The notes under the pieces were generated by a model, which made no database searches, was not told where the DNA came from, and saw nothing but the letters and a program-made list of their open reading frames with translations. The position numbers were made by a program, and so were the translations under genes. Shown one piece after another: positions 49,893 through 59,901 of a stretch of DNA of 64,000 nt. The first letter of the stretch is position 1, and each line of letters starts with the position of its first letter. Location: NCBI GenBank assembly GCA_964358645.1, contig CAYHPW010000005.1:18663-82662 (forward strand). The letters are read 5' to 3'. The DNA comes from an uncultured Bacteriovoracaceae bacterium. GTDB taxonomy: Bacteria > Bdellovibrionota > UBA1018.

Positions 49893-50309
49893 ATGCGCCA
49901 ACTGTTCATAATATTTTTCTTATTGGCTGTAGTTGCCACAATCGTCGCCATACCCAAACAAGGCCATACGGAAGATTTTGTCGTCTACAGCGTTTATAGG
50001 GGACTCGATCTCGGTATAGCCGGCGAATCCCCACAAAAGGATTTCTATGTAAATATTGGTCTGGCCAACGGAGCAAAGCCGGGAACAATTCTTTTTGTTT
50101 CACGTAGAACAGCTTCTTATGATTTACTAGGCGAGAAAATCCATAAAGAAGTGACTTTTCCAATTGCCAAGTTAAAAGTGATCCACGTGGAAAAAGGAAT
50201 TTCCATAGCCAGGTTAGAAAAAATGCTTCCCCTTGAGAAAACGCCTTCCGTAACCCCATTTACAGTTATGGTTGGAGATTTGGTCAAAATAGCTGCTTCC
50301 TCAGAATAA
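49893..50309 (+). CDS. Hypothetical exported protein
   Basis: Signal peptide and a small beta-rich domain (YVNIG...G...G; IAKLKVIHV; MVGDLV). Confidence 0.65.
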   Translation: MRQLFIIFFLLAVVATIVAIPKQGHTEDFVVYSVYRGLDLGIAGESPQKDFYVNIGLANGAKPGTILFVSRRTASYDLLGEKIHKEVTFPIAKLKVIHVEKGISIARLEKMLPLEKTPSVTPFTVMVGDLVKIAASSE

Positions 50310-50350
50310 ACATTTTTTCTAACCATTGACCGCCGACCAAATGACATCAG

Positions 50351-50824
50351 TTAATGAACTACATCCATAGCTGAAGTCTGTGGTTCCGAGACACTGACAC
50401 TAGCGGGTTCATAATCACCGTCATTATGTTGGGAGGAAATGGCCGACCGCTCTTGCTTTTGCCGGCTGCTGAAAAAGATAACATTTTCGGCATATATCTC
50501 AAAAGCGGTGCGTTGTTCCCCATTTTTATTATCATATTTATGGCTTCGTATTGATCCTTCAACAAAAACAGCCTGTCCCTTCCTTAAGTATTGCGCGCAG
50601 GCCTCCGCTTGTTTCCCCCACGCGACTATTCGGTGCCATTGCGTTTCATAAGAGAATCCGTTCTTGTCGCTATTATCCTGTAATGAGCCGTTCCCGCCGC
50701 CTTCGCGCACGCGTCTTGATGTTGCTAACGAAAATCTGGAAACCGCTACTCCTGCATTCGTTTCACGTTGTACGGGGTCAGCACCTAGCCGCCCCACCAA
50801 CATTACTTTGTTCATGTCTTTCAT
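50351..50824 (-). CDS. ssb: Single-stranded DNA-binding protein
   Basis: MNKVMLVGRLGADP, TQWHRIVAWG, YLRKG..VFVEG. SD AGGAGG. Confidence 0.95.
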   Translation of the reverse strand: MKDMNKVMLVGRLGADPVQRETNAGVAVSRFSLATSRRVREGGGNGSLQDNSDKNGFSYETQWHRIVAWGKQAEACAQYLRKGQAVFVEGSIRSHKYDNKNGEQRTAFEIYAENVIFFSSRQKQERSAISSQHNDGDYEPASVSVSEPQTSAMDVVH

Positions 50825-50852
50825 ATCTTCATTACCTCCTGAAGCTTAGGCC

Positions 50853-50887
50853 GTTAATGCTTTTTGCATGCCTATAGTTAATGCTTT
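50853..50887. repeat. 11-bp direct repeat GTTAATGCTTT upstream of ssb
   Basis: Exact copies at 50853-50863 and 50877-50887. Confidence 0.6.
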
Positions 50888-51055
50888 ACGATGTATTTGA
50901 CGTCTTGGTTTCATCATTCAGTGCTGGCATGAGGACTTTGTTTTAAGTTTAAAAACTGTCATAATTTTCTACCGTTGCTTTTTGGGTAAACTCGACTAAA
51001 TATACAAGTGAAAGTACCCTTACAGAAAAGGCTTCCTCAAATTAAGGAGATAGAG

Positions 51056-51559
51056 ATGAGAAAATTAGGTATGTTTTTTCGTTATTTCACAATAACGCTG
51101 GCGCTCGCCGCGGTGGTTTTTGCAAGTGGCTGCTCTAAGAAGCCAAAAGAAGAAGAGTCCGCAGTACCAACAGCAGTAGCTGCAGACGAAAATGCTTCAG
51201 GTGATTCCGATTCTGGAAAAGCCATGGGATTGCAGACTGTTAATTTTCCGTATGATTCCTTTGTCTTGGATGAGGAAGCAAAGAGAGTTCTCAAATCTAA
51301 TGCTGATATCATAAAAGCAAAACCTAGTGTCAGAATACAAATCGAAGGCCACTGTGACCAACGTGGGGGGATTCAATACAACATAGCTCTCGGCGAAAAG
51401 CGGGCAAATGCCACTAAGAAGTATCTTGAAGATCTCAGCATTTCTGGCGAAAGGATCACAACCATAAGCTTTGGCAAAGAACGGCCACTGGACCAGGACA
51501 CAACTGAGGCCGCATATACTAAAAATAGGCGGGCAAATTTCGTAATAACTTCAAGATAG
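51056..51559 (+). CDS. pal: Peptidoglycan-associated lipoprotein Pal
   Basis: Lipobox ASGC, OmpA-like IEGHCDQRG..YNIALGEKRA, SFGKERP, NRRA. ATG 51056 after AAGGAG. Confidence 0.93.
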   Translation: MRKLGMFFRYFTITLALAAVVFASGCSKKPKEEESAVPTAVAADENASGDSDSGKAMGLQTVNFPYDSFVLDEEAKRVLKSNADIIKAKPSVRIQIEGHCDQRGGIQYNIALGEKRANATKKYLEDLSISGERITTISFGKERPLDQDTTEAAYTKNRRANFVITSR

Positions 51560-51565
51560 TACCTT

Positions 51566-52042
51566 GTGGTCAGGGTTGTAACTACATTAATCATTAGTTT
51601 TATAGGTATATGTGGTTTTCTATCGGCTAGTTGTTCGCTATTCACTGTTCGGCCCGTTCAAGAGATGTCAGAAACCGCTGCCGCAATCCGCGCGGCGCGG
51701 GAGCTGAATGCATTCGAGCTGGCACCGGAGCTATTCAGGCAGTCGCAAGAATGGTTTCATAAAGCAAGGCACGAATATAAGATGAAAAATTTTAATCTTG
51801 CAAAAGATTATGCCGGCAAGTCCAGAGCGCTTGCTGAACAAGCGGAATTCGAAGCGATGCGGGCAGGCGCAACACGAAGCGGCTATTCTCAAGAAAAACC
51901 TCAAAATGAATCAAAAATTGAATCATCAGAACCACAACCAACACCAACAGGTACTCCCGTAGAGGTATATGAACAGAGAAAGGCAGAAGAACAAAACCTA
52001 AACAAAACCACACAAGAACCAACCCCGTCACCGACACCATGA
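51566..52042 (+). CDS. DUF4398-like lipoprotein
   Basis: Lipobox-like SASC, Ala-rich helices (AAAIRAA...APE.F..S...A.....A..LAEQAE) and a Pro/Thr-rich tail. Confidence 0.65.
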   Translation: MVRVVTTLIISFIGICGFLSASCSLFTVRPVQEMSETAAAIRAARELNAFELAPELFRQSQEWFHKARHEYKMKNFNLAKDYAGKSRALAEQAEFEAMRAGATRSGYSQEKPQNESKIESSEPQPTPTGTPVEVYEQRKAEEQNLNKTTQEPTPSPTP

Positions 52043-52097
52043 ATCTTGTTTCCCTTGGTACTTGCCCCAATTTAGGCGGAGTGACATATTAAAAGTT

Positions 52098-52856
52098 ATG
52101 AACCATCTATTATTCTTTAAAAAATCTGGCAGCTCTTACTCCAAAATACTTATCTGTGTTATGTTAATATTTAGCGCTGTTTTTTCATCATGCCTAAAAA
52201 CGAGGGCGCAACTCCGTGAAGATTTAAATGACGACAACAACAAAGATGCGCCAGTCAAAGTACAAGAAGTTCAACAAAACGGGCAATACGTATTGGATGA
52301 AATCAAAGGCGAAATAACTAAGTTGAATGGGCGCATAGCTGATCTTGAAAGAAATCAGGCTTCACCGTCTGCGGGTGCTCCAACAAAAGAAGAAATCAAA
52401 AAACTCGAGACACGCATTATAGAGCTTGAACAAGCCCAAGCTAAAATAATCGAGGAACTTACAAAACTCCGGCAAACTCCAGTAGCTCATCCCGATACTT
52501 CAAAACAATGCGACAAAGGGGCTAAGCAGTTCGCTTCATCTGATTATGATGGAGCTGTCGAAAGCCTATCAGCTTGCCTGAAAAACCCAAAAAACAAGAC
52601 AGTTGCTGAAAAATCCACATTCTTATTGGCAGAATCTTATTACAAACTAAAAGAGTACAAAAAAGCCATATTGGATTATTCCAAGCTTACGGAGAAATAT
52701 GGTTCATCCTCATATGTGCCAACTGCCTTGTATAAGATGGGACTTTCTTTTGAGGCTCTAGGGATGAAAGACGACGCAAAGCCATTTTATCAAGAGCTTG
52801 CCGCAAAATTTCCGAAATCAAAAGAAGCACAACAGGTGAAAACCAAACTCAAGTAA
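52098..52856 (+). CDS. cpoB: Tol-Pal associated TPR protein CpoB/YbgF
   Basis: Lipoprotein-like signal, coiled coil and C-terminal TPRs (AESYY, ALYKMG, FPKS.EA), two genes downstream of pal. Confidence 0.8.
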   Translation: MNHLLFFKKSGSSYSKILICVMLIFSAVFSSCLKTRAQLREDLNDDNNKDAPVKVQEVQQNGQYVLDEIKGEITKLNGRIADLERNQASPSAGAPTKEEIKKLETRIIELEQAQAKIIEELTKLRQTPVAHPDTSKQCDKGAKQFASSDYDGAVESLSACLKNPKNKTVAEKSTFLLAESYYKLKEYKKAILDYSKLTEKYGSSSYVPTALYKMGLSFEALGMKDDAKPFYQELAAKFPKSKEAQQVKTKLK

Positions 52857-53929
52857 TGAGTAAGTACAAAATTCTAGGTATAGAAACTTCCTGCGATGAA
52901 AGCAGCGCTGCTATTGTGGAGTATTGTAAAGAATCCAGGCAGATCACTGTACAAGGACTCGCAACTTTCTCGCAGATAGGGCTGCACTCACCTTACGGCG
53001 GAGTGGTGCCGGAAGTGGCTTCACGCAACCATCTTGAGACAATAAACCAGATGGTCGACCGCTCTCTTTACAACGCCCAATTAAATTTAAAGAAAATAGA
53101 TGCGATAGCTGTCACTAACCGGCCCGGGCTGGCTGGAGCACTTCTAGTTGGTGTTAGCACCGCCAAAGCTATAGCTTATGCCCACAAAAAACCACTCGTG
53201 TCCGTTCATCATTTGGAAGGGCATGCGATTAGTATTTTTCTTAATAAAAAAGAGAATCAAGATATTGTCAGGTTTCCGTTACTCATACTAATCGTTTCTG
53301 GTGGCCATACGAATTTGTATTTAGCGAATACTCCTCCGGAATTCTGGCCAGTCGACTTTCTACAGGAATCATTAATTGGGTACTCGCTTGACGACGCCGC
53401 TGGAGAGGCTTTTGACAAAACTGCCAAGATGCTCGGATTTCCTTATCCAGGCGGAACTTGGATTGAAAAAACGGCGCGTGGAGGGGATCCGGATGCATTT
53501 CCCTTCCCAAGAGCGCTTATACAAAAAGATACATTAAATTTTTCATTCAGTGGGCTTAAAACATCAGTGGCATTGCAAATATCAAATTTAAGGAAGTCAA
53601 ACACTCTCGAGCAAAATCTAAGTGACTTATGCGCCTCAATACAAGAGGCGATTATTGATGCCCTATTAAACAAGACTTTTCTGGCGGCTGAAAAATGCAG
53701 AGCAAAATCTTTGGCTATTGTTGGAGGCGTGGCTTCGAATAACCGCCTGCGTGAACGGCTTGCTAACGAATGGAACCATAAAGGTTTCGAAACCCCACCA
53801 CTGTTTCCAGACCCAGAATATTGCACTGATAACGCCGCTATGATAGCAGCAGCCGGGGGAATTCGATATTTACAGGGCCGCGCTCTTAGTGAAAATGATG
53901 CCTTGTCATTGAATGTCGTGGCAACCTGA
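52856..53929 (+). CDS. tsaD: tRNA N6-adenosine threonylcarbamoyltransferase TsaD
   Basis: LGIETSCDE, GGVVPEVASR.H, HHLEGH, VSGGHT, DDAAGEAFDK, FSFSGLKT, CTDNAAMI. Confidence 0.98.
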   Translation: MSKYKILGIETSCDESSAAIVEYCKESRQITVQGLATFSQIGLHSPYGGVVPEVASRNHLETINQMVDRSLYNAQLNLKKIDAIAVTNRPGLAGALLVGVSTAKAIAYAHKKPLVSVHHLEGHAISIFLNKKENQDIVRFPLLILIVSGGHTNLYLANTPPEFWPVDFLQESLIGYSLDDAAGEAFDKTAKMLGFPYPGGTWIEKTARGGDPDAFPFPRALIQKDTLNFSFSGLKTSVALQISNLRKSNTLEQNLSDLCASIQEAIIDALLNKTFLAAEKCRAKSLAIVGGVASNNRLRERLANEWNHKGFETPPLFPDPEYCTDNAAMIAAAGGIRYLQGRALSENDALSLNVVAT

Positions 53930-53941
53930 GGGTTCTGACGA

Positions 53942-54820
53942 ATGCCAACAAAAGGAAAACGTAGAGCCCTTGGACAACATTTCCTGATTAACAAGTCTAT
54001 CATTAAATTAATTGCCGATTGTGCGATAAATGAGGCGATAAAACATGGCTGCCAAACTATTTTGGAAATAGGTCCAGGTAAGGGCGCGCTCACCATCCCG
54101 ATGCTTGAAAGATTGGTTCCCCAGACCCAGCTTGATGGCTGTAATGATAAGGCGATAAGACAAATAATTCTTTGCGAACGTGATGCAAAGCTGCTTTCCG
54201 AATTGAATGACAAATTTTCTGTGGTGGGTGCAAAAAACCACAATGTAAAAATAATCAAACATCAATGCGATTTTTTAGATCTTCCTGAAACTAGTTGGGT
54301 CAGCAGCATGCCGATAACCGTAGTATCAAATTTGCCGTATTCTGCAGCGACAGCAATCTTAAACAAATTGGCAAGGTATCCAGATAAAATAGCTGCAATG
54401 ATCCTGATGTTTCAGGCAGAGGTTGCAAAACGGCTCAGAGCCCCTGCTGGCACTAAAGCTCATGGAAGTCTCTCCGTCTGGACGCAGAATACTTGGGAAG
54501 TTACAAAAATTATCCAAGTTACACCAAAGAACTTTTCACCTCCTCCCGAGGTGGACTCTGAAGTCGTTTTATTAACACCACTTGCCACTGCTCATGTAAA
54601 TATTTCTAACAATGAAAAAGCAAGTATGCTTTGGGAGTGCTTACTGAAGGGATGCTTTGCCCATAAAAGAAAAATGCTTCGATCCGCCCTTGCTGGTAAT
54701 AAAAACTTCCAAATAGCCTTGGACCTCTCACATGTAGATGGTACAAAACGAGCTGAAGCACTTGAATGGGACGAATGGGATAAGTTATTCGAGGCTTTTA
54801 TGGCTGTGTCAGCAAATTAA
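53942..54820 (+). CDS. rsmA: 16S rRNA adenine dimethyltransferase RsmA/KsgA
   Basis: LGQHFL, LEIGPGKGALT, SNLPY, MFQ.EVA.R, F.PPPEVDS, F.HKRK.L, RAE.L. Confidence 0.96.
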   Translation: MPTKGKRRALGQHFLINKSIIKLIADCAINEAIKHGCQTILEIGPGKGALTIPMLERLVPQTQLDGCNDKAIRQIILCERDAKLLSELNDKFSVVGAKNHNVKIIKHQCDFLDLPETSWVSSMPITVVSNLPYSAATAILNKLARYPDKIAAMILMFQAEVAKRLRAPAGTKAHGSLSVWTQNTWEVTKIIQVTPKNFSPPPEVDSEVVLLTPLATAHVNISNNEKASMLWECLLKGCFAHKRKMLRSALAGNKNFQIALDLSHVDGTKRAEALEWDEWDKLFEAFMAVSAN

Positions 54821-54831
54821 GCGGGGGGATA

Positions 54832-56241
54832 ATGCCTAAAATAGCGGTTGTATTATTTATTTCAGTCGCTATTTCTTCAATGTTCTTACTACAACCACGA
54901 CACGTAAAAGCCAACGTCGGAGAAGCCTATGGTTTTGGGCCACGCACAGCGGCGCTTGGAGGAGCAACCGTGGCATGGGGATTTGATGGATACGCATCAT
55001 ACATAAATCCCGCTGGTCTGGGACTCAAGCCCTCATATTCTGATAAGCGTCTGACGTTATCTTGGGGGATAGTCCACATGGATCCCCGCTTCAGACCAAT
55101 TGACAATATTATTGTTGAAAATACTTATACCTCGGACAAACAAACCTCTGGGAACGTAGATAACTCATACCGCTCGACTTCAGGCCAGGTACTTGGTTTG
55201 TCTTACCGGCTATTTCCGGAATCATTTAATTTTACGTTTGGAATGACTTATTTTATGCCATTAAGCCAGGCGGCATATCTCGATACTGGCGAGCCGTTTG
55301 TGCCGGAATACGTGCTTTACAGGACAAGAACGCAAAGACCGCAACTTGAAATGGCTATTGGAGCCGATCTTGGCCGTGGTGTCCACATAGGATCAGGATT
55401 GCACCTGTCCTTTGCTCTAACCAGCAATGCAATTGTTATGTTGCAATCAGATACCACGAAGCCGTCCACAATGCGTTTTTCTTCATCACTTAAGCCAAAA
55501 GCATCACCATATTTTGGGTTGCTTTTTTTACCAGCAAAAGATGACTCTCTCTCATTAGGGCTAGTGCTCAGGTTTCCTTCAGCTGCTGACAACTTCATGA
55601 CTTTGCGTTCAGGGGCACGTGTTTTCGGAAGCTTTGCCGCTTTGGATTTTAATTTTCTAGCAGCCTCAGCTCTTTTTTATGATCCTCTTTCTGTTGAATT
55701 AGGGGGTTCATGGCAGCACGCGCACAACGCAAGATTGTTTTGGCAACTTGATTATCAGGCATGGGGTAAGTTTCAAGCACCTGCTCTTCTTATTCAGGAT
55801 CCGTCTATAACTGATTGTGCAGACACGTCATGCGGGATGAACATTTCAAGCGGCAATAACCCAAAATTTGATTATAAGAACATTTTTGTTCCACGTATCG
55901 GGGAAGAAATCTCGATCGGCAAAACAGCGTTTCGACTGGGCTATAGTTATCGTCCCAGCTTCTTAAAAAATCTGCCTACAGAAGCTGGCAATTATCTTGA
56001 TCCGCCCAAACATATGATGGGAATTGGCGCTGGTTTTGAGTTTTCACGCTTTTTAAGTTTTTATGTGCCATGTAAGTTGGATTTGAACCTGTCATACCAT
56101 CATCTAGTTTCTCAGCATGTTGATAAGACGGATGGGGATGAAAAAAATACCGGTGTAGGAAACCAAAAAATAGGCGCTCCAGGTTATGACACTGGTGGAA
56201 AAATCATCGGTGGCGGGGTATCCCTGACATTGGTGTTTTAA
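54832..56241 (+). CDS. FadL/TodX-like outer-membrane transport protein
   Basis: Signal peptide, G.R.AALGGA..A, INPAGL hatch motif, amphipathic strands, RLGY and terminal Phe. Confidence 0.75.
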   Translation: MPKIAVVLFISVAISSMFLLQPRHVKANVGEAYGFGPRTAALGGATVAWGFDGYASYINPAGLGLKPSYSDKRLTLSWGIVHMDPRFRPIDNIIVENTYTSDKQTSGNVDNSYRSTSGQVLGLSYRLFPESFNFTFGMTYFMPLSQAAYLDTGEPFVPEYVLYRTRTQRPQLEMAIGADLGRGVHIGSGLHLSFALTSNAIVMLQSDTTKPSTMRFSSSLKPKASPYFGLLFLPAKDDSLSLGLVLRFPSAADNFMTLRSGARVFGSFAALDFNFLAASALFYDPLSVELGGSWQHAHNARLFWQLDYQAWGKFQAPALLIQDPSITDCADTSCGMNISSGNNPKFDYKNIFVPRIGEEISIGKTAFRLGYSYRPSFLKNLPTEAGNYLDPPKHMMGIGAGFEFSRFLSFYVPCKLDLNLSYHHLVSQHVDKTDGDEKNTGVGNQKIGAPGYDTGGKIIGGGVSLTLVF

Positions 56242-56253
56242 TAAGACCATATT

Positions 56254-56928
56254 ATGGATGAAAGTTTACCATTAAAAATTCGCACTCTGCTTAAACAGCA
56301 TTTTATAGCTGGTGTGTTTGTTCTTATCCCCTTGGTGGTAATAGGATGGATTCTCTTTGCCGCTCTGGAGGCGGTTTGGCAGCTTCATGATTTGATCCCA
56401 GCACGTTGGAGTCCAGAGAATGTTTTACAGAACAAGACCCTTGGCACCTTAATAAATATATTAATAACAGCTGCAGTGGTGTTTCTCCTTGCTATGGTGA
56501 TTTCTATCCTTGGGTGGGCCTCAAAGCTTTATTTTGGCAAAAAAACACTTGAATACATAGCGCACATCATCGAGCGCATCCCGGTGATCAGGAGCATTTA
56601 TGGTGCGCTGGACCAGCTTTTTAAAACCCTCGGGTCTGGAGGTAATCAACAGTTCAGCCGCGTTGTATATGTGGAATATCCACGCAAGAACGTATGGGCG
56701 ATTGCTTTTGTAACAAGCCCTGCTCGCGCTCCAGGCATTCCACCTGGTCATTTAAATATTTTTCTCCCGGCTACCCCAAATCCCACATCTGGTTTCCATT
56801 TAATTGTAGCAGAAACAGAGGTTCGGGAAACTAACATGAAAGTTGAGGAGGCATTCAAAACCATTCTCTCTCTCGGCATAGCCCAGGGCGTGGGAAATCG
56901 TAAGGATGTACCTAGAAAGGTACAATAA
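56254..56928 (+). CDS. DUF502 family membrane protein
   Basis: FIAG..VLIPL, RIPVIRSIY, VEYPR, FLPATPNPTSG, VEEAFK.ILS.G. Confidence 0.9.
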   Translation: MDESLPLKIRTLLKQHFIAGVFVLIPLVVIGWILFAALEAVWQLHDLIPARWSPENVLQNKTLGTLINILITAAVVFLLAMVISILGWASKLYFGKKTLEYIAHIIERIPVIRSIYGALDQLFKTLGSGGNQQFSRVVYVEYPRKNVWAIAFVTSPARAPGIPPGHLNIFLPATPNPTSGFHLIVAETEVRETNMKVEEAFKTILSLGIAQGVGNRKDVPRKVQ

Positions 56929-57425
56929 TGGCATCTCCACAAAAAAAACCTTCTAACGAAAAACTCATTGCTACCAACAGCGCGGCACGCACGAGATACC
57001 ACATAGAAGAAGTTGTTGAGGCCGGCATTGTTTTAACAGGGACCGAAGTCAAAAGCCTTAGGGTGCAAGCACCAAATTTACGTGACTCATATGTGGAAGT
57101 AACGACGAAAAAAGGCCACGCTGCCGAGGCCTGGCTTCTCAATACTCATATTGCCCCTTATTCACACGGCAATATTTGGAACCATAACCCTTTAAGGCAG
57201 CGCAAAATTCTGCTGCATAGGCATCAGATTGACAAAATATTAGGCGCAATTACACAAAAAGGGATGACCGTTGTGCCATTGCGAATGTACTTCAAATCAG
57301 GGATTGCGAAGGTAGAGTTGGGCCTCTGCAAAGGTAAAAAGAAGCACGACAAACGGGAAGAGCTTAAAAAGAAATCAGCCGAGCATGAAATGGCTGAGGC
57401 GCGTAAAAGAAAAAGATCCTTTTAG
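56928..57425 (+). CDS. smpB: SsrA-binding protein SmpB
   Basis: EAGIVLTGTEVKSLR, NH.P.R.RK.LLH, GKKKHDKR. Confidence 0.98.
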   Translation: MASPQKKPSNEKLIATNSAARTRYHIEEVVEAGIVLTGTEVKSLRVQAPNLRDSYVEVTTKKGHAAEAWLLNTHIAPYSHGNIWNHNPLRQRKILLHRHQIDKILGAITQKGMTVVPLRMYFKSGIAKVELGLCKGKKKHDKREELKKKSAEHEMAEARKRKRSF

Positions 57426-57503
57426 TATATTGATTAAACCGGGTTTGTTGCAATTACACGTATTTTCAAGCTATAAAGTAATCATTAGCAGATCAATCGC
57501 ATT

Positions 57504-59348
57504 ATGACGCCGATTATAAGACCCACTGTTTCAGCAACTTTTTTAGAACGTGTTAATACGTCGCCGAATGCGATTGCGTTTTACTATAAGTCTATTGACC
57601 CCACTAACCCGAGACCGGAACATGAATGGGCAAAAATCACATTTGGTGAGTTTTTTGCTGAGTGCCGCCTTGTTTCATTTGGGCTGACCGCTGAAGGGAT
57701 CTTGGCTGGGGACAAAGTAGCAATAGTTTCATCAACTCGTTATGAATGGTCGCTTTGTGATATGGCCACAATCGGCGCTAAAGCAATCACGGTGCCGGTC
57801 TACCCTTCACTCACAGCAGAAGATGCCACGTTCATAATTAATCATTCTGAAGCTAAAATCGCTATATTGGAAAACACCAGGCAGCTTCACAAGTTGATAA
57901 CTTTTATAGCAGAACACCAAAATTTGCTGCCTCACCTGAGAACTATTGTTATCATAGAGCCATACACCACTGATCCTAAGCTTGAGCGAGGGATTCCACA
58001 GAAAATCATCTCCTTTGATGAATTAAAAAGAAATGGACGAATAGAGGAATCAAAAAACCCCTCTTGTTTCTCTCAAAACCTTTTATCAGCGGATCCTGAT
58101 GAACTCATAACCATATGCTACACTTCTGGTACGACCGGCCTCCCCAAGGGAGCAATGCTTACACATAAAAATATGATGAGCGTTTTGGAAGACTGTGTGC
58201 GCGTATTCAATAGACATATTTCGCCAGAAAAAGAAGTGTTGTTGTCATTCCTGCCTTTTTCACACATCCTGGGAAAAGTCGAGTCAATGGCAATATATGT
58301 CTTCGGTTGGCAACAATGGTTTGCTGAAAGCTTTGAAAAACTCACAACTAATCTCAAAGATGCGCGCCCCACGTTACTTTTCGGCGTTCCAAGAACTTTT
58401 GAAAAAGCTTACGAAAAAATAATCCTTTCTGTTAACTCAAGCCCTCCGTTTCTTAAAAATTTATATAAGCTATCCACGTCAACAGGGGGGGGCATATCAT
58501 GGAGTGCTAAGCTGGCTGTATCAGCAGCGAGACTTTTTATTTTCAGAAAAATTAGAAATGGTTTTGGTGGACGTCTTAAGTGGGCTATCTGTGGAGGCGC
58601 TCCATTGCCGAAAGAACTTGGCGAATTTTTCCATAAAGTGGGGATCACCATTCTGGAAGGCTATGGTCTTACGGAAACATGCGCCCCGGTAACTCTGAAT
58701 ACGCCGAATAATATTCGATTTGGTTCCGTGGGCAGACCATTACCTGAGGTTTCAATAAAAACAGCCCCAGATGGCGAAATACTTGTAAAATCAGAAAAAA
58801 TCTTTAAGGGATACTTTAAGCTGCCTGAAGAAACGACATCGGCATTCCAAGATGGATGGTTTTGTACTGGCGACATCGGTAGTTTTGATAAGGATGGCTT
58901 TCTACAAATCACTGAACGCAAGAAAGACCTAATTGTTACAAGCAGCGGAAAAAACATAGCACCCCAAAAAATGGAGGGTATAGCAAAGTCGTACGTCTTA
59001 ATTAATCAGTTCATTGTACATGGTGATAATCGAAATTATTTAACAGCGCTTATAACCCTCAATAAAGAACAAGCCATAAAGTATGCTACTGACCATCAAG
59101 TATTATTCAGTGAATATACGGAGCTTGTAAAAAATCCCCGCATGATAGGCGCAATGCAAAAAATTGTTGATGATATCAATAAGCATCTGGCTAAGTACGA
59201 GAAAATAAAGCGCTTTTTGATATTACCAAATGAGTTTACTGTTGAAAACGGCGAGCTTACACCTTCATTAAAGTTTAAACGAAGCTTAATTAATAAGCGG
59301 TATAAGAACTTGCTGGATAGTATGTATGCTTTATCTACAGAGTATTGA
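57504..59348 (+). CDS. Long-chain fatty acid--CoA ligase
   Basis: YTSGTTGLPKG, LSFLPFSH, EGYGLTET, TGDIG, RKKDLIVTSSGKNIAPQ, LTPSLK.KR. Confidence 0.93.
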   Translation: MTPIIRPTVSATFLERVNTSPNAIAFYYKSIDPTNPRPEHEWAKITFGEFFAECRLVSFGLTAEGILAGDKVAIVSSTRYEWSLCDMATIGAKAITVPVYPSLTAEDATFIINHSEAKIAILENTRQLHKLITFIAEHQNLLPHLRTIVIIEPYTTDPKLERGIPQKIISFDELKRNGRIEESKNPSCFSQNLLSADPDELITICYTSGTTGLPKGAMLTHKNMMSVLEDCVRVFNRHISPEKEVLLSFLPFSHILGKVESMAIYVFGWQQWFAESFEKLTTNLKDARPTLLFGVPRTFEKAYEKIILSVNSSPPFLKNLYKLSTSTGGGISWSAKLAVSAARLFIFRKIRNGFGGRLKWAICGGAPLPKELGEFFHKVGITILEGYGLTETCAPVTLNTPNNIRFGSVGRPLPEVSIKTAPDGEILVKSEKIFKGYFKLPEETTSAFQDGWFCTGDIGSFDKDGFLQITERKKDLIVTSSGKNIAPQKMEGIAKSYVLINQFIVHGDNRNYLTALITLNKEQAIKYATDHQVLFSEYTELVKNPRMIGAMQKIVDDINKHLAKYEKIKRFLILPNEFTVENGELTPSLKFKRSLINKRYKNLLDSMYALSTEY

Positions 59349-59411
59349 CTCTTTCAGTAATATCCGATAGTTAAAAACATTGTTAGCAATAAAAACAGGG
59401 AGAATTTAAAG

Positions 59412-59648
59412 ATGGCTCGCGTAACAATAGAGGATTGCTTGAAGTACGTTGATAATATGTATGAGCTGGTCCATCTGGCAACGAAACGTACAAGGATGCT
59501 TTATCGTGGCGCTGATCCGCTTGTTAAAAGCAAGAACAGGACTGTTGTAATAGCTTTACGCGAAATAGCAGCCGGTAGGGTGGTTCATGTGAAGAACTCG
59601 GACAGCGGTGGTAATCAGTCACTTGATCTGCCTGGAATGTCTAATTAA
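59412..59648 (+). CDS. rpoZ: RNA polymerase omega subunit
   Basis: [27 protein letters not shown]. Confidence 0.96.
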   Translation: MARVTIEDCLKYVDNMYELVHLATKRTRMLYRGADPLVKSKNRTVVIALREIAAGRVVHVKNSDSGGNQSLDLPGMSN

Positions 59649-59682
59649 ATCTTCTTGATTACTCATAAGAGGAGAGTTCGCC

Positions 59683-59901
59683 ATGAGCACCACCATAGCA
59701 ATGGAACTCGAGCATAGCCGCAAAAGGCTCAATTACTATTTAACCATGAGAGATAAAAGTGGCAGCAACTCTGCCATTGAAAGATGGATTGCAATATATT
59801 CAGAGCGTATTAAAAAACTCGAAAGACAAAGCCAAAAAATAGATAGGATCGCCGTTAAACGCCGGCCAGAAATGTCATCTGAACTTCAGATGACTGTTTA
59901 G
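59683..59901 (+). CDS. Small basic helical hypothetical protein
   Basis: 72-aa ORF with SD AGGAG. Its stop overlaps the lon stop. Confidence 0.55.
   Translation: MSTTIAMELEHSRKRLNYYLTMRDKSGSNSAIERWIAIYSERIKKLERQSQKIDRIAVKRRPEMSSELQMTV

Noticed and set aside
50821-50832. Three-codon upstream ORF (ATG AAG ATA TGA) overlapping the ssb start
   Set aside because: The SD is only 2 nt from this ATG but well spaced for the ssb ATG.
53443-54258. 271-aa minus-strand ORF
   Set aside because: Antisense shadow of the clearly identified tsaD and rsmA genes, with no recognisable motifs.
57426-57503. tmRNA next to smpB
   Set aside because: The gap is only 78 bp and has no tRNA-like ends.
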